A stretch of 53,600 bases of DNA, taken from IMG/VR virus record IMGVR_UViG_3300047563_000009, positions 1-53,600 of that record. One strand, written 5' to 3'. The position numbers and the translations under genes are program-made. Under the pieces are notes generated by a model. The model did not search any database, was not told the DNA's origin, and saw only the letters and a program-made list of their open reading frames with translations. Source of the DNA: a virus (lineage: Duplodnaviria > Caudoviricetes). Below, piece after piece: positions 47,223-53,600 of this stretch (within the stretch, counting starts at the first letter, position 1; every line of letters starts with the position of its first letter).

Positions 47223-47543
47223 ATGCTGTTACGTGACGAGAAAACTGGTCGTTTAAAGAAACAGCCAGCTAAAATTGGTGACAAAGTTATCATGTTCATC
47301 AATAACAGAAATGCAATTCAGACGGAAATTGGTTTAGGCTTCACGCCAATGAAGCCATACAAAGTTATTGCAACTCAAATGTCTAAAGAAGGGAACCGTA
47401 AGTGTTGGAATACCACATATCCACTTTGTCCACGTCCAGACCGATTTGGTGTATTCGTCATTGATGATTTGGGTGACAAACGTTATGTAAATTTGGGCAC
47501 TGATGTATTCGGAATCACTGTGGAGGTTCTGCCAAATGAATAG
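47223..47543 (+). CDS. hypothetical protein, FTxxKxYxV...DDxG family
   Basis: GAGG SD; FTPMKPYKV...VIDDLGDKRYV. Confidence 0.75.
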   Translation: MLLRDEKTGRLKKQPAKIGDKVIMFINNRNAIQTEIGLGFTPMKPYKVIATQMSKEGNRKCWNTTYPLCPRPDRFGVFVIDDLGDKRYVNLGTDVFGITVEVLPNE

Positions 47544-47781
47544 TATTAAAGAGTCTCCATTTCAGATGGAGTATCACAACGGTGGAAACAGGCTGTTCCT
47601 AGTTCGTGCACCAAAAATCTCCATTGAAAGGAGTGACCGGTATATGGTTGGCGACCTTGGGTGTGTATTCCCAGCAATAAAAGAGACAATTGCTGTTGAA
47701 ATGATTGACCAATATGGTGAATCTCTGTCAATAGTTGGTAATACTAGTACAGTAATGAATATTTTGGAGAAGTTAAAATGA
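47536..47781 (+). CDS. hypothetical protein
   Basis: GGAGGT SD before ATG47536. Confidence 0.7.
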   Translation: MNSIKESPFQMEYHNGGNRLFLVRAPKISIERSDRYMVGDLGCVFPAIKETIAVEMIDQYGESLSIVGNTSTVMNILEKLK

Positions 47782-47981
47782 TTGATTTATGTCTAACAAT
47801 TTATCTGTATGGGATTATCCCATCATTCTTTGTGTTTACGGTTATCGCATTCATTTGGTATGAAGTAAGTGAAGTATCCTTCTGCAAGTTGATTTGTGCG
47901 CCATTCATTTGGCCAATTGTTGTAAGCGTGTTCGTTTGTATTTGTATTGCAGACGCATTGAAGGGACGGAGACAGAAATGA
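47778..47981 (+). CDS. small membrane protein
   Basis: Two hydrophobic segments, FIWPIVV. Confidence 0.7.
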   Translation: MIDLCLTIYLYGIIPSFFVFTVIAFIWYEVSEVSFCKLICAPFIWPIVVSVFVCICIADALKGRRQK

Positions 47982-48355
47982 ACAAAGGTTCACTAGTTTC
48001 GTGGCATGGTCACGACTATATCGGCGGTAAATGTTCTAACTTTACTCGCAAAAAGATTTACAAGGTCGTAGCTGGCCTTGGTGATGGTGTTCCTCGTAAT
48101 GATGGAACTTTGGGTGCATTCATTACAAGCGAGACTCAGTTTGTAGTTGAAGATGATTGCGGTAACTTGCGTGTTCAGTCAATTGGCTCCAGTAATTGGA
48201 AGTTGATTCGTGCAGCAAGCTCTAATTACAAACCAAAGCCAGAAGCAGCATCGCCAATTGTTCATGGCCACCATGTGTCAATGAATGTTCTGGTGCAGAA
48301 TGCTGTAGTTTCACAAGGTGAACTTAGTGAAGGCGACAAGTTCGGTCACGGTTAA
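47978..48355 (+). CDS. hypothetical protein, FTxxKxYxV...DDxG family
   Basis: ATGA coupling; FTRKKIYKV...VEDDCGNLRV. Confidence 0.75.
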   Translation: MNKGSLVSWHGHDYIGGKCSNFTRKKIYKVVAGLGDGVPRNDGTLGAFITSETQFVVEDDCGNLRVQSIGSSNWKLIRAASSNYKPKPEAASPIVHGHHVSMNVLVQNAVVSQGELSEGDKFGHG

Positions 48356-48421
48356 AATCAAGCGGCGTTTCCACAAAGGTGCGCCGTATCGAATCAATCA
48401 AAGATAAGCTAAGGAGACTGA

Positions 48422-48637
48422 ATGCGTGAATTTTTAACTGCTGTTGGAGCGATGATTGCATTTACAGCCGTCGTCGCTGGAGCAGTGACATTCCTTTCCT
48501 ACACTGATTGTGAAAATAAAGCAGAAATGTTTGGAACTCAGTACAAAGTGATTTCAGGTGGTGAATGCTACCTCAAACTTGATGGCAATTGGGTTCCAGA
48601 GAAGTTTTATAGTCTAGCTAAATCCTTTAAAGATTAG
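48422..48637 (+). CDS. membrane-anchored small protein
   Basis: AAGGAG SD; N-terminal TM; Cys pair. Confidence 0.75.
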   Translation: MREFLTAVGAMIAFTAVVAGAVTFLSYTDCENKAEMFGTQYKVISGGECYLKLDGNWVPEKFYSLAKSFKD

Positions 48638-48647
48638 TTGGAAGTGA
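48633..48647 (+). promoter_or_regulatory. variant promoter motif ATTAGTTGGAAGTGA
   Basis: Variant upstream of the SSB-like gene. Confidence 0.4.
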
Positions 48648-48715
48648 TAGGAACGAATAGTTTAGCAATGACGCTGAAACTTAAACTGTAAATTACTTAA
48701 ATAAGAGAGCAAACT

Positions 48716-49087
48716 ATGTCCACAACCAAAGTGTACGACGATACAAACACCGGCATCATTGGGGCCAATGATTACAAACAGAAAGACACACATCCAGACG
48801 TAAAAGGTCGCGTAAACGTTGACGGCCTTTGGTATTGGGTATCAGGCTGGAACAAGGAGGGTTCAAATGGTCGTGAATTTACTTCACTGGCATTAACCAT
48901 TATGACTCAGGACGATGTTGACAAAATGATGGCTAAACGTGCAGAAAAGAATGCACCACAGCAGCGGAATCAGCAACGTACTCAACCACCAGCAGCGGCA
49001 AACAACCCAGCACCACAGCAGTCAATTCCAGAAGGGCATCCTGCACAGGAACCGCCAGCGGGTTTTGACGAAGATATCCCATTCTGA
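48716..49087 (+). CDS. ssDNA-binding protein (SSB-like, acidic DIPF tail)
   Basis: HPDxKG..VDG..YWVSGW core; Q/P linker; C-terminus FDEDIPF. Confidence 0.75.
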   Translation: MSTTKVYDDTNTGIIGANDYKQKDTHPDVKGRVNVDGLWYWVSGWNKEGSNGREFTSLALTIMTQDDVDKMMAKRAEKNAPQQRNQQRTQPPAAANNPAPQQSIPEGHPAQEPPAGFDEDIPF

Positions 49088-49509
49088 TGAAACGTTGCTC
49101 TTGCTGTGGAATAACCAAAACCACAGCAGAGTATCAAAAGCGTGCTGCGTCTAAAGACGGGCTTACATCATCTTGTAAGTCTTGTCTTTCTTTGCGCGAC
49201 AAAGCCAGAGATACTCCAGAACGCGCAGCGCAGCGAAAGGCGTATCAACATGGTGTTGGCAAAGAGGTTGCAAACGCTGCAAAGAAAAGGTACGACAAAG
49301 CGAATCCAAAGAAACGCAATGCTCGTGTCGCAGTGGGTAACGCAGTCAGAGACGGCAAGCTGATTAAGAAATGTTGTGAAGTTTGTGGAGGTGTAGAATC
49401 ATTTGCTCATCACGACGACTACAATAAACCTTTATTAGTGCGTTGGTTATGCGACCTACACCACAAAGAATGGCACGACAAACACGGTGAAGCAGTAAAC
49501 CGAATCTGA
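49087..49509 (+). CDS. zinc-binding HNH-like endonuclease
   Basis: CxxC x3; HHDDYNKPL.VRWLC..HH..WH. Confidence 0.75.
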   Translation: MKRCSCCGITKTTAEYQKRAASKDGLTSSCKSCLSLRDKARDTPERAAQRKAYQHGVGKEVANAAKKRYDKANPKKRNARVAVGNAVRDGKLIKKCCEVCGGVESFAHHDDYNKPLLVRWLCDLHHKEWHDKHGEAVNRI

Positions 49510-49566
49510 TAATTCTGAGGGGTCATTGGAAACAGTGGCCTCAATTGAATTGTTACAGGAGGCATT

Positions 49567-50163
49567 ATGAAGATAGCAATAGCGGAACCAATTCACACAA
49601 GGCATAATTCCTGTGTTAAGGTGTGTGTAGAGGATAACACAAAATTGGGAGAGCTTATAGTCTCCGCACGATTTGGTGACTGTTTGGTTGTAGGTTTTGA
49701 AGAAGAGCCAGCTAGCCGCCACCCAGTAAAAGTTAAAATTGACGACTATGAAATTCCAGCAATGGAACTTGAAGTTGATGATGAAATATGGTACAACCTG
49801 GCATATGTCAGAATTACTAAGCTGAACAAAACTCAGGGAACTTATCATATTTATGCAGACGCAGTGAGTCTGGATACTGGCGCTAAAATGCCAAGCATAA
49901 AGATTCCAAAGAAATCTATAGTTAAAATCAAATCACGAGAGGTAATTGCAATGCTGCACGTACAAAACACTCACGAACAGTCTGCCAAAGTTACGGCAAA
50001 ATTGGAACAGCTATTAAACATTCTGAGCACTGAACCAAAGTCAGACGGTAAGATTGGTTTAGGTACGAGCATTTCCATTGACAAAGAAACTCTCGTCAAT
50101 GTGGCTCGTTCAGAGTTGAAGGCAGAAGGTAGCAAACTTGCCGAAATGATGAAGAAGATTTAA
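49567..50163 (+). CDS. hypothetical protein (possible internal start at 49951)
   Basis: GGAGG SD; second GAGG+ATG in frame. Confidence 0.7.
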   Translation: MKIAIAEPIHTRHNSCVKVCVEDNTKLGELIVSARFGDCLVVGFEEEPASRHPVKVKIDDYEIPAMELEVDDEIWYNLAYVRITKLNKTQGTYHIYADAVSLDTGAKMPSIKIPKKSIVKIKSREVIAMLHVQNTHEQSAKVTAKLEQLLNILSTEPKSDGKIGLGTSISIDKETLVNVARSELKAEGSKLAEMMKKI

Positions 50164-50331
50164 ATGACTAAATATTATGGAGCATTTGCAGCCATAACCT
50201 GGATAATTGCCGTTACAGTATTCGGATATCATATGGAGCCTATCAGATTGTTGGCTTTAAGTATTGGTGGCGGTGGAGTAATTATAATGATTTTTGGAAT
50301 CATTGATTTAATCATGCGACCATATCCGTAA
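50164..50331 (+). CDS. small two-TM membrane protein (55 aa)
   Basis: MTKYYGAFAAITWIIAVTVFG...; follows previous stop directly. Confidence 0.6.
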   Translation: MTKYYGAFAAITWIIAVTVFGYHMEPIRLLALSIGGGGVIIMIFGIIDLIMRPYP

Positions 50332-50337
50332 TTAACA

Positions 50338-50359
50338 GAGCATTCTTACGAGAGTGCTC
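50338..50359 (+). other. intergenic hairpin, possible RNase III site
   Basis: GAGCATTCT-TACG-AGAGTGCTC; same CATTC/GAGTG core as the 3129-3737 cassettes. Confidence 0.45.
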
Positions 50360-50381
50360 GATTAATTGAACTGGAGGAGTT

Positions 50382-50546
50382 ATGGAAATAAACGAAAAGA
50401 TTAGCTTCAATAGTTACGCAGATTTGATAGAGATTTGCGCATACAACGAAGATGAAGGGATTATTGCCAGCATGAGTCCTCAAGAGGCTTTGGTGTTGGC
50501 AGCAGTGCTCACCAAATCTGCCACAAGAATTTTGACGGAGAAGTAA
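50382..50546 (+). CDS. hypothetical protein (54 aa)
   Basis: GGAGGAG SD; MEINEKISF... Confidence 0.65.
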   Translation: MEINEKISFNSYADLIEICAYNEDEGIIASMSPQEALVLAAVLTKSATRILTEK

Positions 50547-50547
50547 C

Positions 50548-50883
50548 TTGTATGTTTACTACCAAAGTTATAGATTTCCAGGTGCAATATACACGCACAG
50601 GATTACCGTTCATGAAAACCCTAATGGACGTTTACGTGAAGTACTCGAAGCTAAGTATGGAAGTAAAGCGGTCACTTGGAACAAAAGAACCAAACGACTC
50701 TATGTTCGTGAAACTCTGCGAATTGCCAGAGTACATAAAAATAAGCCAAGAACTTCACAAACCCGTAAATATGGTGAGTGGAATTTCGCCACAGTCAGGA
50801 ACTATGCGCTCAACATCAGGGCCAGAATTGACGTGGAATGCGTCGATAGAATCGTTGCAAGAATGGCAGAATTCCCTGATTAA
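50548..50883 (+). CDS. basic hypothetical protein (TTG start), overlapped by a second ORF
   Basis: GGAG SD at good spacing; 111 aa. Confidence 0.5.
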   Translation: MYVYYQSYRFPGAIYTHRITVHENPNGRLREVLEAKYGSKAVTWNKRTKRLYVRETLRIARVHKNKPRTSQTRKYGEWNFATVRNYALNIRARIDVECVDRIVARMAEFPD

Positions 50884-51115
50884 ACGGGAGTCAGACCACC
50901 AGCGCCTCATTGAACATTACATGAGTAAATATAATTGCTCTCGCCAAGAGGCGAAAATAGCAACATTTGGAGAAAGATATGGCCTACAAAAAGCGTTACA
51001 CGAATTCGGCAATCGCGGCATTGTGGCTAGCATTTGCGGCGTTCATCCTATTGATTTCAGTAACTTGGAACGTAGTATTAGCCCCTGGCACGCATACGAG
51101 AACGGCAAAGTTTAG
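50552..51115 (+). CDS. hypothetical protein; C-terminal part has PolA-motif-like words (true start uncertain)
   Basis: 187 aa open frame; RQEAKIATFGERYG and IDFSNLER. Confidence 0.45.
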   Translation: MFTTKVIDFQVQYTRTGLPFMKTLMDVYVKYSKLSMEVKRSLGTKEPNDSMFVKLCELPEYIKISQELHKPVNMVSGISPQSGTMRSTSGPELTWNASIESLQEWQNSLIKRESDHQRLIEHYMSKYNCSRQEAKIATFGERYGLQKALHEFGNRGIVASICGVHPIDFSNLERSISPWHAYENGKV

Positions 51116-51150
51116 TTGTGATGGAATTGAAGTGATGTTGTTTGCGTCAA

Positions 51151-51372
51151 ATGTGGGCAACATTACTGGAAGTATTTCCAACCTATCCCGGAACTTGGAC
51201 AGAAGTACCCGGAACTGAGGATTATAAGTTGAAGTTATTCAACATTGATACTGGCCAATTGGCAATCATGGGTGATAGTCTGGATGGAATTCCATTCCTG
51301 CAAATCTATCGCGATGTACCAACATACGGCATGCATCAACCTCTCCACTCCCTACGTTGTCGAGTAAAATAA
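51151..51372 (+). CDS. hypothetical protein
   Basis: ORF coupled to next gene by TAATG. Confidence 0.6.
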   Translation: MWATLLEVFPTYPGTWTEVPGTEDYKLKLFNIDTGQLAIMGDSLDGIPFLQIYRDVPTYGMHQPLHSLRCRVK

Positions 51373-51614
51373 TGGCCAAATTATTCTCAAAGGAGTTCAC
51401 AATTGATGGAATTCCCTATTTATTAGAGTCAGGATGTCCCAACGACATCTGGCCAAATCTTTGCGACCGAGTCCAGAAGGACTTGATTCGCATTGGTAAA
51501 GAGGCAGCCAAATCCATGTATTCCGAAGCCACAGCAGTTGGCATGACGAAATTTGGTTCTGGCCTTGTCTCTTTTAAACTCACTATTAACCCACAAGGGA
51601 ACAATTTCCGATGA
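51372..51614 (+). CDS. hypothetical protein
   Basis: TAATG and ATGA coupling. Confidence 0.65.
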   Translation: MAKLFSKEFTIDGIPYLLESGCPNDIWPNLCDRVQKDLIRIGKEAAKSMYSEATAVGMTKFGSGLVSFKLTINPQGNNFR

Positions 51615-51910
51615 AATTAAGTGAACTGGAGGGTGCAGTAACTAAAGCTCAGGCTGATGAAGCTGCACAGAATTCCTACGTACAGTCTTTAGGCCAAAAG
51701 GTCCAAGAGGGTGAAACATCCATCGAAGTGTTTGCAGATAACATCTGGACTACTGTTGATTTGAAAGCCTTCTGGCAAGTTCAATACGATAAGTATCTGA
51801 CAATGGCTGCATATGCTGGTAAGCTGGTCGACCTTAACCAAACTTTGCAAGCTGCATTAAATGACGGCCTGAAAGATGTTGTAGTTCCTGTGGCAGCACC
51901 AAATGTCTAA
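51611..51910 (+). CDS. hypothetical protein
   Basis: 99 aa; coupled on both sides. Confidence 0.7.
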   Translation: MKLSELEGAVTKAQADEAAQNSYVQSLGQKVQEGETSIEVFADNIWTTVDLKAFWQVQYDKYLTMAAYAGKLVDLNQTLQAALNDGLKDVVVPVAAPNV

Positions 51911-52319
51911 CGTCAAACTTGGACAACGTTCCCTCGACCGTTTGAGAGGCGTTAATCCAACTTTGGTGGCAGTATTGAAGAAGGCGTGTGAAAGCATGCC
52001 TTTTGATATCACTGTGCTGGAAGGATTACGAACTCCAGAACGTCAGCAGGAACTGCTAAAACAGGGTGCAACAAAAGTTAGTGTAAGCCGACACATGTCT
52101 GGTAACGCTATTGACATTGCACCATATCCAATCGACTGGGAAGATACCAAGCGGTTCAAGCAAATGGCACACGAAATGTTTGCTGCTGCTAAAGAACTTG
52201 GCATCATCATTCGTTGGGGCGGTAATTGGAGTCGGATTGATGAAAATCAACCATATCCACCAATCGCACCGGGCAAGAAGAAACTAATCGACATGCCGCA
52301 TTTCGAATTACCAGAATAA
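51903..52319 (+). CDS. endolysin, M15-family L-Ala-D-Glu peptidase
   Basis: EGLRT.ERQ, SRH..GNAID, RWGGNW, DMPHFEL. Confidence 0.92.
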   Translation: MSNVKLGQRSLDRLRGVNPTLVAVLKKACESMPFDITVLEGLRTPERQQELLKQGATKVSVSRHMSGNAIDIAPYPIDWEDTKRFKQMAHEMFAAAKELGIIIRWGGNWSRIDENQPYPPIAPGKKKLIDMPHFELPE

Positions 52320-52341
52320 ATTATTCCAATAGGAGCAACCA

Positions 52342-52608
52342 ATGGAATACAACGAAATCCCTACAGCAATCAAAGTATTAAAAGATGAGTCACAACGGTG
52401 CAGTTATGCGCTGGAATACGACATTCCACGTTGCCGAAACGAGGAAACTGGAAAGGTTAAAGTGAGTATCGGCGACCGCACAATTCACCTCAATACTGAA
52501 GCGTTGAAAACTTTCATCAACAATCAAATGTTGGATAATGACAACGGGGTTAAACGCCTCGAAGACATCCACGATACTTTGAAAAAGGTTGCTGTCGGGC
52601 TTATTTAA
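52342..52608 (+). CDS. hypothetical protein
   Basis: AGGAG SD; 88 aa. Confidence 0.72.
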   Translation: MEYNEIPTAIKVLKDESQRCSYALEYDIPRCRNEETGKVKVSIGDRTIHLNTEALKTFINNQMLDNDNGVKRLEDIHDTLKKVAVGLI

Positions 52609-52620
52609 TAAGTTTAGCCC

Positions 52621-53244
52621 ATGACAAAACATCTGCAACCAACTCCATTCATGAATATCCTTAATACGGAGCAAATTATGGGTGCACAATCAATAATTGA
52701 CCAGCTAAAACGTGACGTCAAAGATAAAACGTTGCTCGTTCGCTTCTATAATTTGAAGAACGGTACTGATATCTGGATTGACGGACTTTGTTGGCGTCTT
52801 TATGACTTCGATATGAAAATGTATCTCTCAGAAGAGTTTGGAATTAACATTGATGAAATGTTGAACCAGTTCCGAGAAGAACCTTTCACATTTGACGTCA
52901 TGGATGCTGACGATGACTTCATCAAACGCCACTGTTTCAACAAGAATGGTGTGTTTAGTCGAACAACCTACGACCATTTGAATGACGCATTGGTTGATAT
53001 GTCTGACGAAGCCATTGACGCTGGTGTGGCATCTGGAATTTCGATTGATAACCTTAATTCAGACGTTTATCGTGGCAAATGGCCTACTTTTGCAGCATTT
53101 GCAGAAGACCGTTTCAATGAATTAAGTCTGCATGAGGTTCCAGAGGCATATCGGAAGTTCATTGACTACGAGAAAGTTGCAGAGAGTTATGAGCAGGACT
53201 TTTACTACAATGAAGGTCATGTTTTTGATGCAACGTATCGTTAG
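52621..53244 (+). CDS. ardA: ArdA-like antirestriction (DNA-mimic) protein
   Basis: Very acidic; YRGKW...FAE...VPE.YRKFIDYEKVA..Y..DF....GHVF C-terminal domain. Confidence 0.72.
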   Translation: MTKHLQPTPFMNILNTEQIMGAQSIIDQLKRDVKDKTLLVRFYNLKNGTDIWIDGLCWRLYDFDMKMYLSEEFGINIDEMLNQFREEPFTFDVMDADDDFIKRHCFNKNGVFSRTTYDHLNDALVDMSDEAIDAGVASGISIDNLNSDVYRGKWPTFAAFAEDRFNELSLHEVPEAYRKFIDYEKVAESYEQDFYYNEGHVFDATYR

Positions 53245-53497
53245 TGCAGACTGGTTACAACCCGGTGAAGTAGTTTACCACGAACCTCGTGGACATTATT
53301 ATGAATTACTTCACCGGACTCTAATTAAGTCTGATAAGAAGGATGGTTCAAGTTGGTTAAGTGGTTGGTGTTACCAAGAAGTAAAATCTGTTGAAGTGCT
53401 GAAAGGAAAGATTCGGCATGAGCCACCAGCGGGAGAGGTTTATTCTCGACCTATGGAATTATTCGACGAAGATTGGCGACTGGTGTTACCGCTGTAG
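53228..53497 (+). CDS. DUF1653-like hypothetical protein
   Basis: PG.VYH..RG.YYE...Y....YSRPMELF pattern. Confidence 0.55.
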   Translation: MQRIVSADWLQPGEVVYHEPRGHYYELLHRTLIKSDKKDGSSWLSGWCYQEVKSVEVLKGKIRHEPPAGEVYSRPMELFDEDWRLVLPL

Positions 53498-53600
53498 TTC
53501 CAATTGTTACCTTATCGTTCCAAGCGGGTTTGTAACTCGTTTGGGACTTCTTCTTCACTTTCGGCATTAGTAGGAAGTGCTTCTGTTGAAGGTCTGTAAA

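Noticed and set aside
785-52689. All minus-strand ORFs in the track
   Set aside because: Most are antisense shadows of + strand genes with biased codon usage; none shows a recognisable motif or SD.
1-53600. Integrase, repressor, reverse transcriptase, introns/inteins or stop-codon recoding
   Set aside because: No such motifs were seen; core genes are uninterrupted and of normal length under the standard code.

Overview
Near-complete, circularly permuted genome of a lytic contractile-tailed phage. All credible genes lie on the + strand. The gene set points to the Chaseviridae (phiEcoM-GJ1/Y2-like) type; this is inferred from architecture, with no search run. It comprises a short single-subunit T7-like RNA polymerase, T7-like primase-helicase, PolA, exonuclease and ligase, ThyX, dNMP kinase, dUTPase, and a myovirus head-tail-baseplate module. 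The most unusual part is about 2.2 kb of non-coding, highly structured sequence (3061-3890, 4430-4780, 5280-6350). It holds three tandem cassettes with a shared, covarying double-stem frame around different RNA cargoes, and an orphan tmRNA-like tag frame (ANDSEIRVAA-stop). It also holds two pairs of covarying mini-pseudoknots, bulged-G/loop-E motifs, one real tRNA-Cys and five CCA-ended tRNA-like or other RNAs. Other highlights: a tape-measure-position protein with an intact lambda-exonuclease/YqaJ-like domain plus a lytic transglycosylase; two -1 frameshift sites; a recurrent promoter-like 16-19-mer; an iteron-like array after the RNAP gene; and a lysis system scattered over three loci. All structures were paired by eye and all protein calls rest on recognised motifs or synteny.
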